From Verrucomicrobiota bacterium (GTDB taxonomy: Bacteria; Verrucomicrobiota; Verrucomicrobiia; Limisphaerales; AAA164-E04): a stretch of 64,000 nucleotides of DNA. The position numbers were made by a program, and so were the translations under genes. The stretch is from the NCBI GenBank assembly GCA_047947115.1, contig CP170459.1:5920001-5984000 (forward strand), in the 5' to 3' direction. The notes beneath the pieces were generated by a model. That model was given only the letters and a program-made list of their open reading frames with translations. It was not told the DNA's origin and searched no databases. Every line of letters starts with the position of its first letter. The first letter of the stretch is position 1. Below are positions 9,720 through 19,585 of this stretch, in pieces.

Positions 9720-11981
9720 CTATCTATCGATGGAACCGATCACCTTCTGTCTCGCCCTCAATGAGACATTCAACCATTCCCCGTCGCGTGAGACCGGCAC
9801 ACTCCAGCGCGCTTCGATGGCTGATCCTTTGAAAGGATCGCGTAGGCGCAAATCCCGATCCACAGTGGCCATTACCTCCACCTGACGGGTCACACCGCCC
9901 TTGCGGATGGCACTGACTTTGAATCCCCCTTCGGCGCGCAGGTCGCGAAAACTCACATCCTGCCAAACGGAAGGCACAGCCGGAAAGACCCTCACTTTTT
10001 CACCCCAACTCTGCAACACCATTTGATGCACGGCTTCCATTGCCAGAAAATTGCCTTCCATAGTGAACGGGCGGTAAGTGGCGCTGACAATTTTTTGATC
10101 CCCCCGCTGCTGCCCATTGGCATGAAATCCGTTGCGGAGGGTGCACCACTCATACCACTTCAAATACTTCAGCGCCATATACGCTCTCCCGGCCCTTGCG
10201 GCAATACAGGCGAACCAACTGAAACTGTATCCCACCCAAGCGTCAGTTCCCAAATGTTCAACCTGATCCAAGGTGGCATCAATGACGTGTTGGGCCTCCC
10301 GACCGTCTTCAATCGTCAGCTGACCAAACGGATGAATGGCCATCAGATTGGAATGATGACGGTGGCTTTGCTGAAAGGGTTCACCCTCACTGAACTGCAA
10401 AACACCATGTTCGTCGACATGCCACGGCTCAAGACTTTCACCCGCGTTAACAAAACGCTCACGATCCTTCGAGGCCCCCACCGCGTCCGCCATTTCAGCC
10501 GCCGTTTCGAAAGCCATCTTGAGCATGGACAGGTCGTAATTGCTGTTGGGTTTGAGAAAGGCACGCAAGGTGTTGTCATGAATTTCCGGAGAACTGGAAA
10601 GCGGGAGTTTGAGATACCCCTGACGATCCGGAACACACAAGGCCAGCAATGCCTCGGCAATCTCCCGAGTAAACGGCCAGGCCTTTTCGCGCAGGAACGT
10701 ATCGTCAGCGGTCATTTTCCAATGCCGATGATAAATCTGCACGATCCATGCCCCGTGCGTCGGTGAAAGCGAATACATCCCCCAACCTCCCAGGGGCTGA
10801 CCTTTATAATCCGCCACGCCGGGCACGACAGCACCTCGATTCAGTCCGTAGAATTCTTTTGCGAACTTCCGATACTGAGGCAGCAAACTCATGTTGTAAT
10901 CCAAAAAACTCAACCCCTCGTCAAACAACCCGGCCGTCGGATAAGCAATGTAAGTGGTTTGGGTGTTGAGATCATGATGGTAATCACCTTTCCATGGAGG
11001 CAAACCACCGGTATCCGCCGTCCAGACGCCCTGCAACGGAATAGGAGGCGCATGTTTTCGACTGGCTGCGCCGTAAAAGTATTTGACCAGATTGTAATGG
11101 CGTTGCAGGGAAGCATCCGGCACATCAACCGACGAACCCGTCCACCATTGATTCCAACACTCGGTGTGTTCCTTTGCAACATCCTCATACCCGTCTTTCA
11201 AGGCAGCTTTCACCCGCGCTTGCCCCAGTGTGAGCGGTTCCTCGCCATCTTCTGAACTGGTGATACTGAGTGCCAACTCCAAGTGGGTGTCTGTTTGTTT
11301 TGCGCCGACGACGATGGCATAAGCCCCATCAGCAACGGTTTTTTGCACCATCCAGAACAACGCTCCCTCCCCGCCGGAATCAGCTTTTGGATACCCCAGT
11401 TTGTCCAGAGATTCCGGACGCACAAAATCCAGTTCAGCCGCCACCCGTGGAAGCCGGGCCACCGCTACCGGTCGGGTGGCTGAAAACAAACATTCCATAG
11501 AAACTGACTCACCCAATTCAACCGAACCGATCGCATGATGCATGTCCAAGGAGAAATTTCCCACCTTGATATGTTCGGGCAGGTTGATCATCAAACGCCC
11601 GCCAGGAATCTTGGTCGGGTACATGTCGCAATCGTAACACTCATCGAAGTGATCCCGGATAGCCTGAATATTTCCTACGGCGACCCATTGTTTGAGGTGG
11701 TCATAATCCCACGTTGCTTGCTGCGTGATGGGATGAGGTCGATTGTCCCAAAGCCCACCGCGATCGAGGGACAATCGAATCTGATTCCCCTCGCCCCACA
11801 ACAACCCACCCGTCAAACCATTACCCAAAGGGATCGCTTCATCCCACCGATCAATGGGACCATTGAGCGTCAATTGCATCGAATTCGGTTGAGCCGAAAG
11901 ATGGCATTGTGAAGTAAAGCAGAAGCAAACCGAAATCACCAGATAAAGAAGAACTACCGAGCAAACCGAGAATAGTTTCAT
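9720..11981 (-). CDS. GH95-like glycoside hydrolase (alpha-L-fucosidase family), secreted
   Basis: Signal peptide; WDEAIPLGNG, LQGVW, WKGDYHHDLN, SSPE, HRHHSNL and VFPAVP motifs. Confidence 0.88.
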   Translation of the reverse strand: MKLFSVCSVVLLYLVISVCFCFTSQCHLSAQPNSMQLTLNGPIDRWDEAIPLGNGLTGGLLWGEGNQIRLSLDRGGLWDNRPHPITQQATWDYDHLKQWVAVGNIQAIRDHFDECYDCDMYPTKIPGGRLMINLPEHIKVGNFSLDMHHAIGSVELGESVSMECLFSATRPVAVARLPRVAAELDFVRPESLDKLGYPKADSGGEGALFWMVQKTVADGAYAIVVGAKQTDTHLELALSITSSEDGEEPLTLGQARVKAALKDGYEDVAKEHTECWNQWWTGSSVDVPDASLQRHYNLVKYFYGAASRKHAPPIPLQGVWTADTGGLPPWKGDYHHDLNTQTTYIAYPTAGLFDEGLSFLDYNMSLLPQYRKFAKEFYGLNRGAVVPGVADYKGQPLGGWGMYSLSPTHGAWIVQIYHRHWKMTADDTFLREKAWPFTREIAEALLALCVPDRQGYLKLPLSSSPEIHDNTLRAFLKPNSNYDLSMLKMAFETAAEMADAVGASKDRERFVNAGESLEPWHVDEHGVLQFSEGEPFQQSHRHHSNLMAIHPFGQLTIEDGREAQHVIDATLDQVEHLGTDAWVGYSFSWFACIAARAGRAYMALKYLKWYEWCTLRNGFHANGQQRGDQKIVSATYRPFTMEGNFLAMEAVHQMVLQSWGEKVRVFPAVPSVWQDVSFRDLRAEGGFKVSAIRKGGVTRQVEVMATVDRDLRLRDPFKGSAIEARWSVPVSRDGEWLNVSLRARQKVIGSIDR

Positions 11982-12265
11982 ACTCACATCCTACCAAAAA
12001 AACGACACCAACGAAGATATTTCATCCATTAAACCCCGTAACGCACCAAGTAAATGAAGCTAATACACCCCCTCAGAAACCGCCCCCAACAAACACCGTA
12101 AGAAGAGCTACTAATATCCAACGGCTCATATTCATCGAAGAATCCCGAACAGCGGCAATAAGGGCGGTTATTTTCCCGCGACTGCGTGGATCCCCGGCGA
12201 GTCGCCTTGTGATTTCCGGATTCCAAGACGTCTTAGTTTCGGGAAGTCTTCGGTATGCAAACACG

Positions 12266-12317
12266 CCACATCCGCATAGCTGACGCTAGCGGGCGGACCG
12301 AGACGCTCCGATCTACC
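12266..12317. repeat. Right half of a GGTAGATCG/CGATCTACC REPIN-like element
   Basis: ccacatccgca...acgctagcgggcggaccgagacgctccgatctacc is near-identical to 45430-45480. Confidence 0.75.
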
Positions 12318-12408
12318 TGGCGCACTCTTCAGGGCTCAATCCTCCTCTCAACGCAAGTCCTGGGGCGATGCCCCAGGCTGATATAGGCTGCCCCTTTGGG
12401 GCGAAAAG

Positions 12409-12444
12409 AAATGAGAGCACGAGTTTCAACTCGTGCTCTCATTT
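12409..12444 (-). terminator. Long perfect hairpin; probable intrinsic terminator of the oxidoreductase gene, possibly REP-derived
   Basis: AAATGAGAGCACGAGTT-TC-AACTCGTGCTCTCATTT, about 30 nt past the stop at 12476, followed by CTTTT on the minus strand. Confidence 0.65.
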
Positions 12445-12475
12445 AAAAATCTTCGTGGCTTGTAGTGAGAAAAAA

Positions 12476-13753
12476 TCAAATGACCCAAGGCCCACGCATG
12501 GGTTGCTTGATATAGCTATTGGCGTCGTCGTCGTTGATGAAGCGCTGGGTCACATTGTCGAAGCGCAGGACACGTCGGGTGCGCAGGGCGATTTTCCCAA
12601 GGTTCACAATGGTGCAGGAGCGGTGCCCGTTCTGATCATTCAACGCAAATGGTTTTCTGTCCCGAACAGCTTCCAGAAAGTCGGTGACCTGTGGTTCGGG
12701 ATCAGGGAATTCAGCGAGTTTTTTCTCCAGATCAGGGATGTCTGACTTGAATCCTTTGTAAAGCTTGCCTTTCGGCCCTTCGATGTAGGCGGCTTCCTTG
12801 AGCTTGTTTTCGCCGTCCAAAAGAATCTCACATCCATCGGCATATTTAAATCGAATCCAGCGCCAGGCCGTGACCGCGTCATCGTCTTGCGGATCGGTGT
12901 CGGCTTCGATTTCGACGGGACTTTCGTTGTCTTTGCCAAGCAGGTATTGGGTGGGATCAATGTAGTGCTGCCCCATGTCGCCCAATCCGCCGCCATCATA
13001 ATCCCAGTATCCCCGGAAAGTGCCGTGCACGCGGTGCGGGTGGTAGGGTTTGAAAGGGGCGGGGCCCAACCAGAAGTCGTAATCCAGTTCCTCGGGGACA
13101 GGCTGTGGGGTAAGATCAGTACGACCACTCCAGTTATGTTTCCAATTGAACCCGGTCGCTTCGTTCAGGGTCACTTTCAACGGCCAACCGAGCAGTCCAC
13201 TTTCCACCAGTTTCTTGATGGGTTTGACCTCGGTTCCCATGCCGTAGAATCCGGATTGAAAACGAAACCATGTGTTGAGTCTGAAAATACGTTTATTGCG
13301 TTGCACGGCTTCCACGACTTTTTCCCCTTCATATATGGTACGGGTCATGGGTTTTTCACACCAAATATCCTTCCCGGCCTCGGCAGCGGCTATGGATATC
13401 AGCGCATGCCAATGCGGAGGTGTGGGGATATGGACGATATCGACGTCCTTGCGTGCCAAGACTTCCCTGAAATCACTGTAGCCTTTGACGTCGGGTCCGG
13501 ATTGTTCGAGAGCTGTTTTCAAATGTCCCCGATCCACATCGCAAACCGCAATGAGCTTCGAACCAGGATTCACGCTTTGAAGGTGCCCACGCCCCATACC
13601 ACCCACACCGATCACGGCTTTGGTGGGGATTTCGTTGGGACTGAGGATACCTTGCCCACCGAGCACATGCCTGGGAACGATTTGAATGGAGGCTGCGATG
13701 GCAGGCAAGGAGCCCAGAAAACGACGGCGAGTGAATGACAGATGCTTTCTCAT
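12476..13753 (-). CDS. Tat-exported Gfo/Idh/MocA family oxidoreductase
   Basis: FTRRRFLG twin-arginine signal; GVGGMG, TPPHWH, CEKP and DMGQHYID motifs. Confidence 0.93.
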   Translation of the reverse strand: MRKHLSFTRRRFLGSLPAIAASIQIVPRHVLGGQGILSPNEIPTKAVIGVGGMGRGHLQSVNPGSKLIAVCDVDRGHLKTALEQSGPDVKGYSDFREVLARKDVDIVHIPTPPHWHALISIAAAEAGKDIWCEKPMTRTIYEGEKVVEAVQRNKRIFRLNTWFRFQSGFYGMGTEVKPIKKLVESGLLGWPLKVTLNEATGFNWKHNWSGRTDLTPQPVPEELDYDFWLGPAPFKPYHPHRVHGTFRGYWDYDGGGLGDMGQHYIDPTQYLLGKDNESPVEIEADTDPQDDDAVTAWRWIRFKYADGCEILLDGENKLKEAAYIEGPKGKLYKGFKSDIPDLEKKLAEFPDPEPQVTDFLEAVRDRKPFALNDQNGHRSCTIVNLGKIALRTRRVLRFDNVTQRFINDDDANSYIKQPMRGPWVI

Positions 13754-13832
13754 GGTGTTGTTGAATACTAATCAAACCCGGTGTGGCGTCAACAATTACG
13801 TGCCGGGGTTACTTGGCGGCTTGGAGTTTATT

Positions 13833-13976
13833 TGAACCGCAGATGGCACAGATTTTCACAGATTCTTAAACTAGGTTACGAAGTGTGGCTATACCAATGT
13901 AATGGTCGCCCATACGGAGCAGAGAGTCTGATTCACCCTTACCTTATCTGCGTTAATCTGCGAAATCTGCGGTTCA
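13833..13976. repeat. MITE-like element with inverted ends built of triple CAGAT/ATCTG units
   Basis: TGAACCGCAGAT (13833-13844) and ATCTGCGGTTCA (13965-13976) form a perfect 12-bp IR, each extended by two more ~10-bp periodic units. Confidence 0.7.
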
Positions 13977-13991
13977 TCAAACAATCTTGAA

Positions 13992-14903
13992 TCAATCCCC
14001 GTTGTGCAGTTTGTAGTAGTCGCAGAGGTAGTCCCAGATCTCTTCCGCGGTTTCGGCATAGGTGAAGATATCCAGGTCTTCCGGGGCAATCGTACCGACT
14101 TCCAGCAGAAAATCCCAATCGATCAATCGATTCCAATATTCCTTGCCGACCAGAATGACCGGTATGGGGTCAACTTTTTTTGTCTGGATCAAGGTTAAGG
14201 CTTCAAACAATTCATCCAGAGTTCCGAATCCACCCGGGAAGCACACCAATGCCTTGGCCCGCTTGAGAAAGTGCATTTTACGCAGGGCGAAGTAATGGAA
14301 TTGAAAACAGAGCTCCGGTGTGATGTAAGGATTCGGAGCTTGCTCATGGGGCAGAACGATGTTGTGCCCAATGCTCTTGGCTTGCACATCATGAGCGCCC
14401 CGATTGGCGGCTTCCATGATCCCTGGCCCCCCCCCTGTGGTCACCACAAAATTGCAGACCCCGGACAATTGGCAACTGGCGGAAACAATCTGGCCCAGAT
14501 TTCTCGCCACGTCGTAATATCTGGACCATTTGAGGAGATGTTCGGCTGATTTGAATTCTTTCTGGATCGCGCTGTTTTCCGTATCGTTTTTCAGCCTGGA
14601 CTGCACTTCATCGAGCCGATTCAACGCATCTTCCCGTGATAAAATACGCGATCCCCCGAACATGACGATGGTGGATTCGACGCGGTGCCATTGTTGAATG
14701 ATCTCCGGTTTTTCAAACTCTAGCAACAGCCGCATGCTCCGCATCTCATCACGAAGAAGGAATTCATTGTCCTGAAATGCCAACTTATAGGCATGAGATC
14801 GGGTCTGTGGCGTCGAAGTCTGATTTTGGGCATCCTTTACAGCGTTCGCCGCCGCGTGGTAGGCCTTGTTCTCGAAAGAAGCGGGTATTTTGATTTTCTT
14901 CAT
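13992..14903 (-). CDS. LOG family (TIGR00730) nucleotide phosphoribohydrolase-like protein
   Basis: TGGGPGIMEAANRGA, RKMHF and FPGGFGTLDELFE motifs. Confidence 0.92.
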   Translation of the reverse strand: MKKIKIPASFENKAYHAAANAVKDAQNQTSTPQTRSHAYKLAFQDNEFLLRDEMRSMRLLLEFEKPEIIQQWHRVESTIVMFGGSRILSREDALNRLDEVQSRLKNDTENSAIQKEFKSAEHLLKWSRYYDVARNLGQIVSASCQLSGVCNFVVTTGGGPGIMEAANRGAHDVQAKSIGHNIVLPHEQAPNPYITPELCFQFHYFALRKMHFLKRAKALVCFPGGFGTLDELFEALTLIQTKKVDPIPVILVGKEYWNRLIDWDFLLEVGTIAPEDLDIFTYAETAEEIWDYLCDYYKLHNGD

Positions 14904-15158
14904 GATTCCTATGGGGTTTGCTGGAAGCTGTTGCATAATGAGGACAAACTCAAGCACAAAGGAATCAGCTCATGGTCATTGGAATTCCAGCCCCTTCCTT
15001 GATCATTCGAAGACATCCAATGCGGTGCCCAGCGCAGGCGAGCCCAAAAAGACTCATCACGGTTTGTTTGAGTCTTGGACGCATTTTTGTGATTCGGAAG
15101 TACATTCAACGGCGAAAGACCAGTTGCAGCTATACACATGGAATCGTATGCTTCGGGC

Positions 15159-16583
15159 ATGAAACGATGTCTCATGCTATTTGCCTTGTTGATGATGGCC
15201 ACTGGAATCTGTATCACATCGCAGGCAGCGGATACGGAACCGACCGATCCATCTGAAGCGCCGGTGTACATCCTCCCCATTCGTGAAGACATCATGCCAC
15301 CGTTGACCTATCTGGTCCGCCGAGGCGTCAAGGAAGCCATCGCAAGCAACGCCCAATGCCTCATCATTGACATGGAAACCAACGGAGGACGCGTGGACGT
15401 CACCGAAGAAATCATCCAACTCATCAACCGGTTCGAGGGTCGCAAAATCACTTACATCAATGCCAAGGCTTTTTCGGCAGGAGCGTTTATCTCGGTTGCC
15501 ACCCAGGAGATTTACATGTCGCCGGTCAGCGTCATCGGAGCGGCGGCTCCCATCATGTTGAGCCCGGGCGGTGGTGCCGGAGAAATGCCGGACACAATGG
15601 AAGTCAAGATGACCTCTGGCATTTCCGCATTGATTCGAGCCACCGCCGAGCAGAACGGTCACGACCCCATGGTAGTGGATGCCATGATCGACAAATCAAA
15701 GGAACTGACCAAGGACGGCGTAATATTGAGTGAAAAAGGTCAGATCCTGACACTCACCAACACAGAAGCCGAAAAAACATATGGCGATCCCCCCTCCCCC
15801 CTACTGAGTAAAGGAACCGTGGCTTCATTGGACGACCTCATCGTCCAGCTGGGATATGGAGAAGCCCCGATTAGATCCATTGAGCCTACCGGTGCCGAAC
15901 AAGTCGGAACCTGGATCAATAAATTCAGTTCAATCCTTCTCATACTGGGCATCCTGGGAGTTTATCTGGAGTTCAAAACTCCAGGTTTCGGACTGCCTGG
16001 GATTCTTGGCCTGACAGCCTTCGCCATTTATTTTCTTGGGGGCTATGTTGCGGGTTTGTCCGGACTGGAATGGGCGGCTCTTTTCGTATTGGGCCTCTTC
16101 CTGTTGATCATCGAACTATTCTTTATCCCCGGCACCATGATCGTTGGGTTGTTTGGAGCGGGACTGATGTTGTGGTCACTCCTGATGGGCTTGGTCGACC
16201 TGGACCCGACCGTTCCGGTCTGGCACATCCCCAGCGCGGCACAATTCAAATATCCGCTTCAAGTGCTCGGAACTTCCATCATCGGTTCGGCCATCTGTAT
16301 CGTCCTGTTGAGCACCATCCTTCCCAAAACCACCTTTTATGGTCAACTGATCTCCGCAACAACCAGCGCTGAACAAAGTGTGGTCACCCGTGAGAAAGAA
16401 GAAAAATCCATGATGGGGTGTGAGGGAGTTTCTGTATCAACCCTGAGACCGGGTGGAAAAGGTGAATTTGACGGAAAACTTTTGGACGTCATCACCGATG
16501 GGGACATGATTTCATCAGGCAAACGCATACGTATCGTGGGGTTTTCGGCTCACGACGCAATCGTGGAGGAAGTCAAGTCCTAA
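15159..16583 (+). CDS. Long-form NfeD family membrane-bound serine protease (ClpP-like domain, TMs, OB fold)
   Basis: Signal peptide; TNGG, AFSAGAFI, IGAAAP and EFKTPGFG motifs; C-terminal LRPGGKG. Alternative start 15138. Confidence 0.9.
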   Translation: MKRCLMLFALLMMATGICITSQAADTEPTDPSEAPVYILPIREDIMPPLTYLVRRGVKEAIASNAQCLIIDMETNGGRVDVTEEIIQLINRFEGRKITYINAKAFSAGAFISVATQEIYMSPVSVIGAAAPIMLSPGGGAGEMPDTMEVKMTSGISALIRATAEQNGHDPMVVDAMIDKSKELTKDGVILSEKGQILTLTNTEAEKTYGDPPSPLLSKGTVASLDDLIVQLGYGEAPIRSIEPTGAEQVGTWINKFSSILLILGILGVYLEFKTPGFGLPGILGLTAFAIYFLGGYVAGLSGLEWAALFVLGLFLLIIELFFIPGTMIVGLFGAGLMLWSLLMGLVDLDPTVPVWHIPSAAQFKYPLQVLGTSIIGSAICIVLLSTILPKTTFYGQLISATTSAEQSVVTREKEEKSMMGCEGVSVSTLRPGGKGEFDGKLLDVITDGDMISSGKRIRIVGFSAHDAIVEEVKS

Positions 16584-16795
16584 ATCATTCTCTTGCATCT
16601 CTTAAAATTTCTTTAGATTGCCCATTGCCAGCCTTCGAAAAATAGGATTATGATGGTTACCTGCCAAGTTGTCCGACGCTCGGAAAAGGCGTGCCTTTGA
16701 ATGATGACACAGGAAGCTTGAGCAGAGCGGGCAGAGTCCCCCGAAAATCGAGTTCGGACCGGATTTTTTGGACCAATTCAAGCTTTTTCGGGCAT

Positions 16796-16825
16796 TGTGA
16801 ATAACTCGTGAATAAGTGTGAATAT
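16796..16825 (-). promoter_or_regulatory. Cluster of three tandem DnaA boxes upstream of dnaA
   Basis: TGTGAATAA (16796-16804, a perfect TTWTNCACA on the minus strand), CGTGAATAA (16807-16815) and TGTGAATAT (16817-16825); a further AGTGAATAA at 17073-17081; AT-rich tract at about 16921-16950. Confidence 0.7.
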
Positions 16826-17120
16826 GTTATGCTCGATGCTTGGGAAAGATTAGAGCTAGTCTTGGTCACGTGCCACGAGATCGGTGGCTCAGCTCCTCGC
16901 CAACTGGAGCGAAACAGAAGTAAGATTTGATTGTTTTTATTAAATATCAACAAGTTGCAACACAGGAAAGCTTGTCATCGTTTTGTAACAACTTGCTCTG
17001 AACCATCGAGTTCGGAAGAGTCGACAAGCCCAACTGAAGAGTGGTCGGTGTCATAGAGACGTAACATTGGACAGTGAATAAAGTAAGATAACGTCGTATT
17101 ATAAGACTATTTTTGATATC

Positions 17121-18506
17121 ATGCGCAAAGAGGCGGAAATCATCTGGAACAGAGCGGTCAAACAGCTCAAGTCCATGCTGAACGAGGAGGTTTACAAACT
17201 GTGGTTTGCCCCCATCGTTCCCCTCCATATTAAAAACAACGTGCTCATTTTGCAGGTTGCAAATGACTTTTGCGAAGTATGGCTGAAGGACAACTACCAC
17301 CAGCTGCTCGAAGAGGTTGTTGGCGGAAATTCGGAACTTAAGTTGGGGATAGCATACAAGGTGGGCACTAGCGCGCCTCCTGTCGCCAAACCCGCCCACC
17401 AGGCCAAGCTCTTTGACCACCTGGAGACCAACAGCAACAGCACCCCCAGGAGCACAACGAGTTCGAGCACCAGGGCAATCCCTTCTCACAACGGGTTCAA
17501 CCCTCATTACACTTTTGATTCGTTCGTGGTTGGAGCAAACAACAGGATGGCTCACAGCGCGGCCATGGCCGTCGCCCAATCGCCCGGCAAGTCTTATAAT
17601 CCGCTCTTTCTGTATGGAGGCGTAGGACTCGGAAAGACCCATCTGCTGCATGCCATCGGCCACCATGTCCTGGCCAAAAAACCCAACGCACGCGTTGCCT
17701 ACCTGTCATGCGAAAAATTCACCAATGAATTTATCGATGGCATCCAGAACAATCAGCTCGTCAAATTTCGCAAGAAATACCGGCAAACAGATGTGCTGCT
17801 GATTGATGACATTCAGTTTCTGTCCGGCAAGGAGCGTATTCAGGAGGAGTTTTTCCACACATTCAACGCCTTGCACGAGGCGCATAAACAGATTGTGCTT
17901 AGCTGCGACAGTCCCGCCTGTGAAATAGACGGGTTGGAACAGCGGTTAAGTTCCCGCTTTGAGTGGGGCTTGTCTGCCGACCTGCAACCGCCTGATGTGG
18001 AAACACGTCTGGCCATTCTGCTCAACAAGGAAAAATCGCTGGGGGTCACCTTGCCAAGGGCAATCGTCGAATACATTGCCAACAACATTCGGGCAAATAT
18101 CCGGCGGCTGGAAGGAGCCCTGCTCCGCGTCACGACATTTGCTTCCCTGACCAAGCAGGAATTAACCATTGACCTGGCCGAGCAATTGTTGCGCGATACG
18201 CTGCAGGAAGAAGGACGTTCGGCTGTCAGTATTGATGTCATCCAAAAGAAAGTGGCCGAGCATTACGATATACGGCTGGCCGACATGACCAGTCGCAGAA
18301 GACCGGAATACATCGCTTTTCCACGTCAGGTCGCCATGTACCTCTCCAGGCAAATGACCGAAAGTTCGCTCAATGTCATCGGCACCGCCTTTGGTGGACG
18401 AGATCATGGAACCGTTCTTCACGCATGTCGTTTGGTGAAAGATCGCATGGAGATGGACAGCTCGGTGCGCCAGGCGGTGCTCTACCTGGAACGGCAGTTG
18501 CAATAG
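17121..18506 (+). CDS. dnaA: Chromosomal replication initiator DnaA
   Basis: YTFDSFVVG, YNPLFLYGGVGLGKTHL, LLIDDIQF, QEEFFHTFN, IRRLEGAL and GRDHGTV motifs. Confidence 0.99.
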   Translation: MRKEAEIIWNRAVKQLKSMLNEEVYKLWFAPIVPLHIKNNVLILQVANDFCEVWLKDNYHQLLEEVVGGNSELKLGIAYKVGTSAPPVAKPAHQAKLFDHLETNSNSTPRSTTSSSTRAIPSHNGFNPHYTFDSFVVGANNRMAHSAAMAVAQSPGKSYNPLFLYGGVGLGKTHLLHAIGHHVLAKKPNARVAYLSCEKFTNEFIDGIQNNQLVKFRKKYRQTDVLLIDDIQFLSGKERIQEEFFHTFNALHEAHKQIVLSCDSPACEIDGLEQRLSSRFEWGLSADLQPPDVETRLAILLNKEKSLGVTLPRAIVEYIANNIRANIRRLEGALLRVTTFASLTKQELTIDLAEQLLRDTLQEEGRSAVSIDVIQKKVAEHYDIRLADMTSRRRPEYIAFPRQVAMYLSRQMTESSLNVIGTAFGGRDHGTVLHACRLVKDRMEMDSSVRQAVLYLERQLQ

Positions 18507-18587
18507 TCGAAAGCCTGGGGAAACAAAGGCCAACCCGATCATAACGGACTCAAGGAACTCGCCCACCCCTGCGTCGCCAGGCAAACC

Positions 18588-19580
18588 ATGGCATCCATCA
18601 TTCAAGTCCGCGATCTGACCAAGGTTTACCGAACCTATCGAAAACAATCGGGGTTCTGGGGATCCATCAAGGGTTTGGTCCACCGCAAATACGATCAAAC
18701 CGAGGCAGTCCACCGAATTTCCTTTGATATCGAGGAAGGCGAGCTGGTGGGCTTCATGGGCCCAAATGGAGCCGGAAAAACCACCACTCTCAAGATGCTG
18801 TCAGGATTGCTCTATCCTAGCTCCGGCAGCGCATCGGTCCTCGGACACGTTCCATGGGAGCGCCACGACGATTATCGTCGTCGATTTGCCTTGTTGCTCG
18901 GACAGAAAAACCAGCTCTGGTGGGATCTTCCTGCGCGGGAGTCGTTGGCTTTGAACGCCAAAATATACGGCATCTCGGACGAACAATGGAGGAAAACTGT
19001 GGGTGAAATGTCAGACATGCTGGACGTCACCGATAAACTGGACATCATGGTACGTGAACTTTCCCTTGGTGAACGCATGAAAATGGAACTGATTGCCTCA
19101 TTGCTCCATCAACCTCAAGTGCTGTTCCTGGATGAACCCACCATCGGTCTGGACGTCATTTCCCAAAAAACGGTCCGTGATTTCCTCAAGCACCTGAATA
19201 AAACCAAGGGGACCACAATTATCCTGACCAGCCATTACATGGCGGACATTCAGGAGCTTTGCCGGCGAGTGATGATCATTGACCACGGAAAACTGTTTTA
19301 TGACGGAGACCTTCAGGGCATCCTTGATCAGTTCGTGGATGAAAAGCGCATCAACATCCTGATTGAAAATCCGCCCGAAACACTACCAGAGGCATACCAG
19401 AATATTGGTCAGATCGAATCCTACACGGATGGCAAACTTCAGATTCGAGTCAAACGCAAAGAAGTGATTCAGGCATCCAAATCCCTCCTGGACATGCTGC
19501 CGATCGCGGATTTGAACATTGAAGAAGTCCCGATTGAAGAAGTCATTCGACAGATCTACTCAAACAACGAGGAGAAATAA
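18588..19580 (+). CDS. ABC-2 type exporter ATP-binding protein
   Basis: GPNGAGKTT, LSLGERMK, LFLDEPT and TSH motifs; GQKNQLWWDLP subfamily motif. Confidence 0.93.
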   Translation: MASIIQVRDLTKVYRTYRKQSGFWGSIKGLVHRKYDQTEAVHRISFDIEEGELVGFMGPNGAGKTTTLKMLSGLLYPSSGSASVLGHVPWERHDDYRRRFALLLGQKNQLWWDLPARESLALNAKIYGISDEQWRKTVGEMSDMLDVTDKLDIMVRELSLGERMKMELIASLLHQPQVLFLDEPTIGLDVISQKTVRDFLKHLNKTKGTTIILTSHYMADIQELCRRVMIIDHGKLFYDGDLQGILDQFVDEKRINILIENPPETLPEAYQNIGQIESYTDGKLQIRVKRKEVIQASKSLLDMLPIADLNIEEVPIEEVIRQIYSNNEEK

Positions 19581-19585
19581 CCGCA

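Noticed and set aside
12029..12264. Small minus-strand ORFs upstream of GH95 (hydrophobic MNMSRWILVALLTVFVGGGF)
   Set aside because: They are short, overlap repeat DNA and match no recognisable family; a gene remnant cannot be excluded.
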